Assembly (NCBI GenBank): GCA_003559095.1
Contig: PWMW01000057.1
Coordinates: forward strand, 6,538-70,537
DNA from: Clostridiales bacterium
GTDB taxonomy: Bacteria; Bacillota; Limnochordia; Darwinibacteriales; B1SED10-159
Direction: 5' to 3'
Length of the DNA stretch: 64,000 nt
The notes beneath the pieces are model-generated. The model searched no databases. It had not been told where the DNA came from and saw nothing but the letters and a program-made list of their open reading frames with translations. The position numbers and the translations under genes are program-made. This document shows positions 44,786 through 54,149 of this stretch, in pieces (position 1 is the first letter of the stretch; every line of letters starts with the position of its first letter).

Positions 44786-46390
44786 ATGCAATTTGATGCC
44801 AATTTTTACCCGTATCCGTCCCGACGCACAGTGGTGTACGGCCGTCGCGGCATGGTGGCAGCCTCACAGCCATTGGCTGCTCAAGCTGGACTGAGCATCC
44901 TGCAAAAAGGTGGCAACGCCGTAGACGCAGCGGTGGCCGCCGCCGCCGCCCTGCCCGTTGTGGAACCAACCTCCAATGGCATTGGTGGTGATCTTTTCGC
45001 CATTGTGTGCAAGGATGGTGAACTTCATGGGCTGAACTCCAGTGGGTCTGCACCCGCCCGTTTGACCCCGGAACTGGTGCGGCGCAGTGGTCACCCGGAA
45101 ATGCCCAGCCACGGTTGGCTGCCAGTCACTGTCCCAGGTATCCCCGGGGGCTGGGCAGCATTGTCCGCGCGTTTCGGAGCATTGTCGTTGGCTGATTGTG
45201 TGGAACCGGCGGCCCTTTATGCCGAACACGGTCATGCTGTGGCTCCTGTCGTCAGCTATTATTGGCGGACGGCGGCCAAACGTTACGGGGAACTCTTTGA
45301 GGGTTCAGAGTTTGCGCCCTGGTTCGATACCTTCGCTCCGCAGGGAACAGGGCCACAGCCCGGAGAAGTGTGGACGTGTGCTTCCATGGCCGAAACTCTG
45401 CGCAGCATTGGAAGCAGCAAGGGCCACAGTCTGTACCGCGGCCAGTTAGCCCAGAAGATCGCGGCTTTCGCCGCCGCCACCGGTGGTATCATTGCCGAGG
45501 AGGATCTAGCTGCTTTTGAGCCCCAGTGGGTTGAGCCGTTATCCGTCGCTTACCGGGGCTATACGGTCTGGGAACTGCCCCCCAACGGCCAGGGGTTGGT
45601 AGCCTTGCTGGCGCTGGGGATCCTTGACGGAATGGATTACACGCCTGACAATGTTCAGTGGACCCACCAGATGATCGAGGCCGTCAAACTGGCCTTCGCT
45701 GACGGCAAAGCATGGATTACTGATCCGCAGGAGATGACTGTCACTACAGAACAGCTATTGGCAGCGGATTATCTGGCGGAGCGCCGAGCATTGATCGGAG
45801 AGCGGGCTGCAACGCGTACTCCAGGGGACGTCAATCCCGGGGGAACCGTATACTTAGCAACAGCTGACAACCAAGGCAACATGGTTTCGCTTATTCAAAG
45901 TAACTACATGGGCTTTGGCTCTGGGATTGTTGTTCCCGGAACAGGGATTGCTCTGCAGAATCGGGCGCATACGTTTAGCCTGGATCCCAAGGATGCTAAT
46001 TACCTGCGCCCCGGTCGACGCACGTACCACACCATCATTCCTGGTTTCCTCACCAAGGATGGCAAGCCCATGGGTCCTTTTGGTGTCATGGGTGGTTTCA
46101 TGCAGCCGCAGGGCCATGTACAGGTCCTCTCCCGCACCTTGGATGAACAACTGAACCCGCAGGCCGCCTTGGACGCACCTCGCTTTTACTGGGAAGACGG
46201 CTGCTCCGTTCAGGTGGAACGTGCCATGCCGGCCCACGTTATCGAAGGGCTCCAAACCCGAGGACACCAACTGACGGTGGCCAACGAGGCGGGCTTGTTC
46301 GGCCGGGGCCAAATCATCTGGAGTATGCCTCAGGGTGTTCTAGCTGGTGGAACGGAAGCCCGAGCCGACGGAACCGTGGCGGTATGGTAG
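44786..46390 (+). CDS. ggt: Gamma-glutamyltransferase
   Basis: NAVDAAVAAAAALPVVEPTSNGIGGD, GGTVYLATAD (Thr nucleophile) and GVMGG motifs. ATG behind AAGGAG. Confidence 0.85.
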   Translation: MQFDANFYPYPSRRTVVYGRRGMVAASQPLAAQAGLSILQKGGNAVDAAVAAAAALPVVEPTSNGIGGDLFAIVCKDGELHGLNSSGSAPARLTPELVRRSGHPEMPSHGWLPVTVPGIPGGWAALSARFGALSLADCVEPAALYAEHGHAVAPVVSYYWRTAAKRYGELFEGSEFAPWFDTFAPQGTGPQPGEVWTCASMAETLRSIGSSKGHSLYRGQLAQKIAAFAAATGGIIAEEDLAAFEPQWVEPLSVAYRGYTVWELPPNGQGLVALLALGILDGMDYTPDNVQWTHQMIEAVKLAFADGKAWITDPQEMTVTTEQLLAADYLAERRALIGERAATRTPGDVNPGGTVYLATADNQGNMVSLIQSNYMGFGSGIVVPGTGIALQNRAHTFSLDPKDANYLRPGRRTYHTIIPGFLTKDGKPMGPFGVMGGFMQPQGHVQVLSRTLDEQLNPQAALDAPRFYWEDGCSVQVERAMPAHVIEGLQTRGHQLTVANEAGLFGRGQIIWSMPQGVLAGGTEARADGTVAVW

Positions 46391-47463
46391 AGCAGCTTCC
46401 GACCATTGCGCAGTGGGGGATAGGTATAGGAGCACTGCCCACCGGACCCATGAACTCCATCACCGATGTTCAGGGGGTGACTGTGGGGCACGTAACGTTG
46501 GCTGTGGATCATGTCCAAACGGGTGTAACCGCCATCAAGCCGCATTCTGGCAACCTGTTCCGTGATAAAGTGCCAGCTGCCGTCCACGTGATCAATGGGT
46601 TTGGCAAGTCCGTGGGTCTGGTGCAGGTAGCTGAACTGGGAGTTCTCGAGACCCCGATTCTCTTGACCAATACCTTCAGTGTGGCTGCGGCCACGGAAGG
46701 CCTCCTGGACTACACATTGGCGCAGTCACCCGAAATCGGTATCTCGACGGGTACCATCAATCCAGTGGTCTGTGAATGCAATGATTCCTACCTCAACGAC
46801 ATTCGCGGTCGCCATGTGACAAGGACGCATGCTGTGGAAGCTTTGCATGATTGCTCGCAGGAGGTGATCCAAGGCTCTGTTGGCGCAGGGCGTGGCATGT
46901 CATGCTTTGGTTGGAAGGGCGGCATTGGGTCCAGTTCACGCTATGTGCAGATTGAGAGCAACGCGTATACATTGGGGGCCCTAGTGCTGTCTAATTTCGG
47001 TGATCCTGCTTGGCTTTGCTTGGATGGCCAGCCCCTTTCTGCATTGGCGCCCCAGGGGAACGCAGCAAGCTCTGAAGATAAAGGCTCGGTGATCGTGGTC
47101 TTGGCCACCGATATGCCGTGCAGCTCGCGGCAGTTAGGCAGGTTGGCCAAACGAGCCGTAGTGGGTTTGGCACGGACAGGATCCTATATCGGTCACGGCA
47201 GTGGCGATATTGTAGTGGCATTTAGTACAGCACAGACAATCCCCCACACACCTCGTGGTGTGGCAGAACCGTACCTGTCTGTCCATGAAGAACACCTAGC
47301 GCACGGATTTCCAGCGGTTGCTTGGGCCGTTGAAGAAGCTGTCTGGAATTCCTTAGCCTGCGCCCGGTCGGTCGTGGGCCGGGCTGGACACGTCCGTCAT
47401 GGGATCAGTGGAATGCGTGACGAGATACTGAGGAGGCGAGCCCGTGGACATTCAACCCTATGA
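46384..47463 (+). CDS. P1/DmpA-family (S58) aminopeptidase
   Basis: NSITDVQGVTVGH, TGVTAI and VINGFGK...ETPILLTNT pattern. It overlaps ggt by 7 nt. Confidence 0.7.
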   Translation: MVEQLPTIAQWGIGIGALPTGPMNSITDVQGVTVGHVTLAVDHVQTGVTAIKPHSGNLFRDKVPAAVHVINGFGKSVGLVQVAELGVLETPILLTNTFSVAAATEGLLDYTLAQSPEIGISTGTINPVVCECNDSYLNDIRGRHVTRTHAVEALHDCSQEVIQGSVGAGRGMSCFGWKGGIGSSSRYVQIESNAYTLGALVLSNFGDPAWLCLDGQPLSALAPQGNAASSEDKGSVIVVLATDMPCSSRQLGRLAKRAVVGLARTGSYIGHGSGDIVVAFSTAQTIPHTPRGVAEPYLSVHEEHLAHGFPAVAWAVEEAVWNSLACARSVVGRAGHVRHGISGMRDEILRRRARGHSTL

Positions 47464-48169
47464 GGTGTTGAGTCGGTTCTACGATGAACACTGGGCCGGT
47501 TTTGACACGCAGTATGTGGAGTTTCTCAATGCCATCATGGAGCAATCTGGTATGACTGGTGTGGACATCTTGGATTTGGGATGCGGTACCGGCACGTTGG
47601 CTGTGGCGCTCGGCCAGTTAGGTCATGGCGTCCACGGTGTGGATCGGTCCGCTGCTATGATCGCTAAGGCGCAGGACAAGGCCAAACATTTGGAATCTGT
47701 GAAGTTCAGCGTCGGGGACATGGAGACCTTCGTGGCGCCGGATCGCTACTCGCTGGTCATCTGTGTTTTCGATGCCCTAAATTATCTTTTGGATGAGGAT
47801 TCGCTAAAGGGTATGTTCCGCTGCGTGGCCCATGCTCTGCGGAAAGACGGGCTCTTCGTATTTGATTTCAACACCCACCGGATGTATCTGGGTCATCGCG
47901 GCCAAGACATCCAGCGGGAGGTAAACAACGTTAAGTTTGTGCAAACATTGACCTATGATGAAGAAAAACGCCTGGCTACGACGATTTTCGACTTCGGTAG
48001 TAAGAAGGAAATCCATTATCAAAGAGCGTATATGTTAAAGGAAATCCAGGGAGCATTGTCCCAGGTGGGACTTGGGATCGTGGACGTCTTTTCGGATTTG
48101 GACGGAACCTTGTATCGTCCGGAAATGACACGCCGAGTGTATGTTACAGCGGCTCACGTTCTCCCGTAG
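47444..48169 (+). CDS. Class I SAM-dependent methyltransferase
   Basis: ILDLGCGTG motif. Confidence 0.75.
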   Translation: MDIQPYEVLSRFYDEHWAGFDTQYVEFLNAIMEQSGMTGVDILDLGCGTGTLAVALGQLGHGVHGVDRSAAMIAKAQDKAKHLESVKFSVGDMETFVAPDRYSLVICVFDALNYLLDEDSLKGMFRCVAHALRKDGLFVFDFNTHRMYLGHRGQDIQREVNNVKFVQTLTYDEEKRLATTIFDFGSKKEIHYQRAYMLKEIQGALSQVGLGIVDVFSDLDGTLYRPEMTRRVYVTAAHVLP

Positions 48170-48192
48170 GAACATAAGGAGGGTAACGGATT

Positions 48193-49044
48193 GTGAAGAT
48201 GAACAAGGCACTCTTGGTGGTGCTCCTACCTGTGGTTGCTTGGTCGATTTATCTGTTCCGCATGCCGGCAGTAACGCTGCTGTTCGCCAGTATCTTAGGA
48301 GCTGTGCTTGCGGAACTGGCTCTGCAAACAGCACTGCGCCGTCCCGTCAAAATTACGGATCTCAGTGCACTGGTCACAGGTGTGCTCCTCGCGCTGACGT
48401 TGTCACCCAGTGTTCCGTGGTATGCTGCCGCGGCCGGAGCTGCTGTGGGTGTTTTGGCAGGGAAGGAACTGGCGGGCGGGTACATGAAGAATACATTCAA
48501 CCCGGCTTTGTTCGGCCGTTTATTCATTATTGCGGCGTTCCCCGGCTCGATGTCACCATGGCTGGCACCATATGATCTTGTAACCACGGCAACACCCTTG
48601 GGACTGATGCGCAGCGAAGGTCTGCTGACGCCCTATTCGCAGTTGTTTTTAGGAACCACGGCCGGCAGTCTGGGCGAAACTTCGGTTCTGCTGATTGGCC
48701 TTGGCGTTGCCTACCTGATCTATCGGAGGTTTGTGAACTGGCGGATCCCCGTCGCCATCTTGGCGACCGTGTTCGTCCTGACATTGGCTTTCGGGCAGGA
48801 TCCTGTATTCCACCTTTTCAGCGGCAGCCTCGTCTTGGGGGCCTGCTTTATGGCCACAGACCCAGCTACATCCCCAAGATTTAATAAGGGTCGCTGGATC
48901 TTCGGTATCGGAATCGGTGTAATCGTGGTGGCCTTTCGTCTATGGGGATGGCTTCCCGAGGGAGTCACATTCGCGATCCTCGGCATGAACGCCGTGGTTC
49001 CGCTGCTTAATGATCTGACAAAGCGCAAAGCGAAAGCAGCATAA
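48193..49044 (+). CDS. RnfD/NqrB-family membrane protein, stand-alone
   Basis: NTFNPALFGR, GSLGETSVLLIGLG, FMATDPATSP and EGVTFAILGMN motifs. No other rnf or nqr genes are in the window. Confidence 0.65.
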   Translation: MKMNKALLVVLLPVVAWSIYLFRMPAVTLLFASILGAVLAELALQTALRRPVKITDLSALVTGVLLALTLSPSVPWYAAAAGAAVGVLAGKELAGGYMKNTFNPALFGRLFIIAAFPGSMSPWLAPYDLVTTATPLGLMRSEGLLTPYSQLFLGTTAGSLGETSVLLIGLGVAYLIYRRFVNWRIPVAILATVFVLTLAFGQDPVFHLFSGSLVLGACFMATDPATSPRFNKGRWIFGIGIGVIVVAFRLWGWLPEGVTFAILGMNAVVPLLNDLTKRKAKAA

Positions 49045-49059
49045 AGGAGGCTGTTAGGT

Positions 49060-49566
49060 ATGGCTGAACGGACAACACGAGTGGAAGGTGCAGTAAAGGA
49101 GCTAGCTGGCAGTGAGTTGAAGGTTGGACAGGCCGCCCCTGACTTTGCTCTGCGGGATCGGGACATGAACACGAAGACCTTGGCTGACTTCGGAAACAAA
49201 GTAAAGCTGATCAGTGTTGTGCCATCGTTGGATACAGACATCTGTGACCAACAAACCCGCCGCTTCAACGAAGAAGCAGGAAAGCATCCGGGAGTGGTTG
49301 TGATTACGGTCAGTGTGGATCTGCCCACGGCGCAGCAGCGTTGGTGCGGCGCCGCAGGACTGCGCAATGTAATCACCTTGTCTGACCATTTTGACGTGTC
49401 ATTCGGTCGTGACTATGGTGTTCTCATGCCGGAATTGCGTTTGTTGTCACGGGCTGTGTTTTTGCTGAAACCCGATAACACTGTGGCGTACACGCAGTAT
49501 GTACCCGAAGTGGCCAGCCATCCGGACTATGGCGAGGTTCTCAAGGTCTTGGCAGGCCTCCGGTAA
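49060..49566 (+). CDS. tpx: Thiol peroxidase (atypical 2-Cys peroxiredoxin)
   Basis: APDFAL...SVVPSLDTDICDQQTRRFNEEA...WCGA. Confidence 0.85.
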   Translation: MAERTTRVEGAVKELAGSELKVGQAAPDFALRDRDMNTKTLADFGNKVKLISVVPSLDTDICDQQTRRFNEEAGKHPGVVVITVSVDLPTAQQRWCGAAGLRNVITLSDHFDVSFGRDYGVLMPELRLLSRAVFLLKPDNTVAYTQYVPEVASHPDYGEVLKVLAGLR

Positions 49567-49597
49567 CGAGAACTGCAGACGCGAAAGGAAGCGGCGC

Positions 49598-50434
49598 ATG
49601 GAATTTGTTAAATACCACGGATTAGGGAATGATTTTGTTTTTGTCGAGGACTATGAGAACACGTTAGTTGGGCAAGGATCCGTATTGGCTCCGCAGATAT
49701 GCCAGCGCAACTTTGGCATAGGGGCCGATGGTCTTGTGTTTATCACAAAACCGACGGATGTCTACACCATGCGAATATTCAATGCCGATGGCAGCGAAGC
49801 CGAAATGTGCGGCAATGCCATCCGCTGTATAGCCAAGCATCTCTGGGACCAAGGTCTTGTGCAGGGGTCAGCGCTGGATGTGGGAACGCTCGAAGGAACC
49901 AAACACATTGTGCGCAGGGGAGATGACTACGCCGTGAACATGGGGCAGCCGCAGTGGCTGGCTGCGCAGATTCCAATGGAGGTAGCGACAGCGGAGGCTA
50001 TTCAGACCCCGGTGAAGTTGGGCGACGAAGAGTTTGCGGTGACCGCAGTCTCCATGGGCAACCCACACGCGGTGGTATTCGTCGACGATATTGACCACAT
50101 TCCCTTCACTGTTTGGGGTCCGGCCTTGGAGCGACATCCAGTATTCCCGGCCAAAAGTAATATTGAGTTCGTAGAGGTGTTGGATCGGGAAACGCTGCGT
50201 GTCAAGGTATGGGAACGGGGAGTCGGTCCAACCCTCGCCTGCGGTACCGGTGCCTGCGCCTCTGCTGCCGCTGCAGCTCGTCTTGGCTTCACCGAGCGGC
50301 AGGTAAAGGTGCATTTGCCGGGGGGGACGCTGCAGATCCAGTGGCACAGCGACAACCATCTCTGGATGATTGGACCAGCTCAGCGTGTGTTTAGTGGACG
50401 CTGGGAGCTAGAGCAGCAGCATACGAATCTGTAA
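49598..50434 (+). CDS. dapF: Diaminopimelate epimerase
   Basis: YHGLGNDF, NADGSEAEMCGN and ACGTGACA motifs. Confidence 0.9.
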   Translation: MEFVKYHGLGNDFVFVEDYENTLVGQGSVLAPQICQRNFGIGADGLVFITKPTDVYTMRIFNADGSEAEMCGNAIRCIAKHLWDQGLVQGSALDVGTLEGTKHIVRRGDDYAVNMGQPQWLAAQIPMEVATAEAIQTPVKLGDEEFAVTAVSMGNPHAVVFVDDIDHIPFTVWGPALERHPVFPAKSNIEFVEVLDRETLRVKVWERGVGPTLACGTGACASAAAAARLGFTERQVKVHLPGGTLQIQWHSDNHLWMIGPAQRVFSGRWELEQQHTNL

Positions 50435-50446
50435 GGGGTGATCGGA

Positions 50447-51616
50447 ATGAAGAAGGCCAAACGTCTTGAACAACTGGCTCCCTATTTGTTCGCACAATTG
50501 GAGGAGAAGATCGAGCAGGCGAAAAAGAACGGTACCGACGTAATCAATCTGGGAATCGGTGACCCTGATCAGCCGACACCGCAGCACATCATTGCAGAGA
50601 TGCGCCAACAAGTGGAAGAGACGGCTAATCACCAATACCCGTCATCCAAGGGTATGGAATCGTTTCGCGTTACGGTGGCTCAGTGGTATCAGGAGCGCTA
50701 TGGCGTCGGTTTGGATCCGCAGCAGGAAGTGGCATCTTTGATTGGTTCCAAGGAAGGTATTGGACATTTGGCATTTTGCTACTTGGACCCCGGCGACATT
50801 GCGCTGATTCCAGATCCAGGGTATCCTGTCTATCAGGGCGGCACAGCCTTGGCCGGTGGCGAACCCCACTACATGCCCCTGCGAGCGGAGAATAACTTCT
50901 TGCCGGATCTGACAGCCATCCCGACGAAGGTGGCAAAACAAGCCAAGTTGATGTTCTTGAACTACCCGAACAACCCCACCGGTGCGGTGGCCACAGCAGG
51001 GTTTTTCCAGGACGTGGTGCAGTTTGCCAAGGAGTATGACATTTTGGTAGCACATGACGCTGCCTATATCGAGGTTGGATTCGACAGCTATCGTCCTTTG
51101 AGTTTTCTCCAAGTACCAGGAGCTAAAGACATTGGAATTGAGTTCGGGTCCGTATCGAAGTCGCACAACATGACTGGATGGCGTATAGGTTGGGTAGCAG
51201 GACTGGCCGACGCCGTTGGAGCGCTGGTGACTCTGAAAAGTAACTTGGATTCCGGCGCATTTGCTGCTGTGCAGTTTGCTGCCATTCGGGCTCTGCGGGA
51301 TCCACAAGATGCTCTCGAGGCGCAGATCGACCTGTATCGTCAGCGGCGGGACCTTATGATCAGTACCTTGAACGCAATGGGCTGGAATCTAAAGGCTCCG
51401 GAGGCATCAATCTATATCTGGGCGCCTACGCCGCCCGGAATGGACTCGCGGACATTTGCTGAGCATGTATTCACAGAGACCGGTGTGGTTATAACGCCTG
51501 GTATTGGCTATGGTCAGGAAGGCGATGGATATTTTCGGATCTCCTTGACTGTCGAGACCGAGCGCCTGCGGGAGGCTGCGGAGCGTCTGCGACAGTGCGG
51601 TATTCGTTACTCATGA
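50447..51616 (+). CDS. dapL: LL-diaminopimelate aminotransferase (class I/II aminotransferase)
   Basis: [20 protein letters not shown] and [14 protein letters not shown] (PLP Lys) motifs. It is adjacent to dapF. Confidence 0.65.
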   Translation: MKKAKRLEQLAPYLFAQLEEKIEQAKKNGTDVINLGIGDPDQPTPQHIIAEMRQQVEETANHQYPSSKGMESFRVTVAQWYQERYGVGLDPQQEVASLIGSKEGIGHLAFCYLDPGDIALIPDPGYPVYQGGTALAGGEPHYMPLRAENNFLPDLTAIPTKVAKQAKLMFLNYPNNPTGAVATAGFFQDVVQFAKEYDILVAHDAAYIEVGFDSYRPLSFLQVPGAKDIGIEFGSVSKSHNMTGWRIGWVAGLADAVGALVTLKSNLDSGAFAAVQFAAIRALRDPQDALEAQIDLYRQRRDLMISTLNAMGWNLKAPEASIYIWAPTPPGMDSRTFAEHVFTETGVVITPGIGYGQEGDGYFRISLTVETERLREAAERLRQCGIRYS

Positions 51617-51678
51617 TCATGTATCCCTGCGGGAAACTGCAGGGATATTGTTCCGTTAAGCACTGCGCGTATGTTATC

Positions 51679-52167
51679 ATGGAAAGAGGGGAGATGACGA
51701 CATTGCAGAAGGTGTTTCTCATCAGTTCCGGTCAAGGGCGATGTCCTTCCGACGTGGGCCCGTGGGCAGCGGAGGTTGGGAAACCACCGGCCACCGTCAT
51801 GAACTACCTCAAGGACAGCGGCTGCACAGCCGTCTTGACAGCGGCAGACCAGGTGTCCCCCCGCTGGAATCCAGATGTGTGTTGGTCAGGGACGCGCCTC
51901 GTACACTATGATCAAGGGCAGGCATGTTCTTGGCAGAATGCCGCGTCCTTCGCTGGCTGGCTTAAAGACAATCCCGACGAGCATCCGGTCATTATGGCGG
52001 ACCAGGCGTCTCTCCACGGTCTCGTAGTGGATGCCCTGGGCATCAAACCTGCCTTTGGCGGGAGATTCGCGTTGGACGATCGACGGATAACGGTACTGCA
52101 GTTTGCTAATGGTCGCTTCTTCCTTGAAACCCTAAATTTCGCTCCAGGAGGTTCCAGCTGTGAATAA
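51679..52167 (+). CDS. Hypothetical protein, weakly histidine-phosphatase-like without the RHG catalytic motif
   Basis: FLISSGQG occupies the place of the RHG motif, and the C-terminal ITVLQFANGRFFLETLNF resembles PGAM-family ends. The start could be ATG 51679 or 51694. Confidence 0.4.
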   Translation: MERGEMTTLQKVFLISSGQGRCPSDVGPWAAEVGKPPATVMNYLKDSGCTAVLTAADQVSPRWNPDVCWSGTRLVHYDQGQACSWQNAASFAGWLKDNPDEHPVIMADQASLHGLVVDALGIKPAFGGRFALDDRRITVLQFANGRFFLETLNFAPGGSSCE

Positions 52168-53176
52168 ACAAATCCTGATAACCGGTGCCACCTCGGGCTT
52201 GGGGCGAGCATTTGTCCGTCGAGTATGGAGCGCTCATCCTGATGCCTCCATTACTTTACTGTCCTGGAAAGACGAAAAGACACTGTATGATGCCCTAAGG
52301 GCGGAGTTAGAAGCGGAGTTTGACCTCTGGGATGGTCAGTTGACAATCCACGCCGGCGACGTGGGCGACAGCGTGTTGGGGCTTAAGGAAACTTTGTATG
52401 AAGAACTGCGCCAGCAAGTGACTCACGTGGTCCACCTAGCTGAAGCATCGCGCCAAGTTATGGACAAGGAAACCTTGATTCAGACCAATGTGATGGGCAG
52501 TGAAAATGTGGCGTATTTTGCCAGCCAAGCTCCCCAGCTGGTGTTGTATCTGCACTTCAGTGATATTGGTGTCGCGGGCAGCGAAGCCGCAGCCTTTGCT
52601 GAGACTGAGTTCGCCCATGAGCGTAGTTTCCGGAGTCTTTATGAACGCTCGCAGTATGAAGCCGAAGAATCCGTAAGAACACTGCAGCATAAGATGCCTC
52701 TGTGTGTGCTGCGCATGGGCCACGTTCTTGGGGAACGACGGCTTCAGCGCTGGCTGCAGGAGGCCCGCTGGGCTGCGAAATTGCCGGGGAGTCCCGGATT
52801 GGGTGATGACACACCGCTGCATATCGTTGATCCTGATGCTGCCGCCCGGGCCATCGTCGATCTTCTTGACGAGGAGGCGGCGGGCAAGACCTATCATTTG
52901 ATCAACCAAAGGCCCCTTGCAGCGCAAGGACTGTTCGCAAACCTGATGAAGTTGGCTGCAGGTAGAGATCCCGGGAGCTCGTGGCCGTTGGGTCGTTGGA
53001 ACGTAACGGCGTTGCTGCCGTTGGTGGGCGGTGGTGCTGCCCTCAGCCCTGGGGAGCGCAGTGCCTTTTACCAGGGTCCCGCTGTTGCGGCCGCGTCCGC
53101 CGAGGTGTGGCCTGGTGGCGCAGATGATCCCGGTGAACTGCTGCGTCGCCGTGCGGAGCAGTGGAAATTGCTGTGA
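52160..53176 (+). CDS. Thioester-reductase-domain / NAD-dependent epimerase-like protein (NAD_binding_4 type)
   Basis: ITGATSGLG Rossmann motif plus GDVGDSVLGL...VTHVVHLAE...NVMGSENV, typical of terminal thioester reductases. Confidence 0.6.
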   Translation: MNKQILITGATSGLGRAFVRRVWSAHPDASITLLSWKDEKTLYDALRAELEAEFDLWDGQLTIHAGDVGDSVLGLKETLYEELRQQVTHVVHLAEASRQVMDKETLIQTNVMGSENVAYFASQAPQLVLYLHFSDIGVAGSEAAAFAETEFAHERSFRSLYERSQYEAEESVRTLQHKMPLCVLRMGHVLGERRLQRWLQEARWAAKLPGSPGLGDDTPLHIVDPDAAARAIVDLLDEEAAGKTYHLINQRPLAAQGLFANLMKLAAGRDPGSSWPLGRWNVTALLPLVGGGAALSPGERSAFYQGPAVAAASAEVWPGGADDPGELLRRRAEQWKLL

Positions 53177-53286
53177 GGGGACAGGCTCCAATGATGGCCA
53201 TGATGGCGGTGGGTAATGCGTGCTTGGATATGGTGGTCCGATCAACCAAATCGACGGAAATGTGAGGATGGCCATGGGAAACGAAT

Positions 53287-53315
53287 TTGCTTTCGGCGGT
53301 GGTTCCATGTACAAT
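53287..53315 (+). promoter_or_regulatory. Promoter TTGCTT-17-TACAAT ahead of a ~210-nt leader for the decarboxylase operon
   Basis: The hexamers were read directly. Confidence 0.5.
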
Positions 53316-53533
53316 AGGGGAGTATGAGTTTCTGGACTGGAACCATTTATTGTTCGATGCAATAAAAGCCCGGGAACCGTCACATACGCGGCAGCGCCGC
53401 GAAGAACCGTCTGGCTGTGCCCGTGGACGGCCCGGCGGGATATTCACACTGATCGACTGCGACCGCGGGGACTTTGCAGTACGTGACGCGGCCGCAGGAT
53501 GTTACGGAGGATAACAAGGAAGGTGAAACCGAG

Positions 53534-53770
53534 ATGAATGTCTGGGCAATTACGGCGGTGGGAATTGGCATGGTCTTTGCCATTCTAGTCATTTTGTCGG
53601 AGGTGCTGCTGTGGGTGGGCAGGTTCCTAGGGCCCAAGCCCAAGACCGCGGCGCCCGAGCAAGCCAGCGATACCAGCAGCGATACGGATCTGACCGATGC
53701 CGCCGCCATAGTCGGTATCATGCGGACTATGGGTCACGAGGGAAACATCAATATCAAAAGAATTGACTAA
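53534..53770 (+). CDS. oadG: Oxaloacetate decarboxylase gamma chain (OadG family)
   Basis: [21 protein letters not shown] single TM helix plus an Ala/Pro/Ser-rich tail. Confidence 0.7.
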   Translation: MNVWAITAVGIGMVFAILVILSEVLLWVGRFLGPKPKTAAPEQASDTSSDTDLTDAAAIVGIMRTMGHEGNINIKRID

Positions 53771-53786
53771 AGGAGAGAGAAGATTC

Positions 53787-54137
53787 ATGCCGAAATTCAG
53801 GGTGAAAATCGATGGTCGCAGTTATGAAGTGGAGGTCGAATCATTGGATGGGCAGGCTTCATCCAAGGGTGCCTCAAGCTCTAGTTCGACCAAGTCTACA
53901 GAACCGAAGGCCAGTGGTGTTCCTGCGGGCAAGCAGGTGAAGGCCCCCCTAGCAGGAACTATCCTCAGTGTCTTTGTGTCTAAGGGTGACACGGTGAAAA
54001 AAGGCCAGGTTCTTTTAACACTGGAAGCCTTGAAACTGGAGAACGAAATTACCGCACCTCAAGATGGAAAGATTGACTTTGTCGTAGCAGAGGGTACATC
54101 TGTGGACATTGGCCAGGCTCTTGCGGTCATCAACTAG
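53787..54137 (+). CDS. Stand-alone biotin carboxyl carrier (biotinyl domain) protein
   Basis: VKAPLAGTI...[19 protein letters not shown]. The biotinyl-Lys motif is ALKL instead of AMKM. Confidence 0.75.
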   Translation: MPKFRVKIDGRSYEVEVESLDGQASSKGASSSSSTKSTEPKASGVPAGKQVKAPLAGTILSVFVSKGDTVKKGQVLLTLEALKLENEITAPQDGKIDFVVAEGTSVDIGQALAVIN

Positions 54138-54149
54138 GGGGTTTTATCC

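Noticed and set aside
52436-53383. Long antisense ORFs opposite real genes. Examples: 52436..53383, 16558..17466, 9718..10407, 34757..35473, 41688..42320, 50642..51307, 48720..49376.
   Set aside because: They lie exactly opposite genes with clear family motifs. They have Arg/Pro/Ser-rich low-complexity composition typical of shadow frames in GC-rich DNA, and they lack RBSs.
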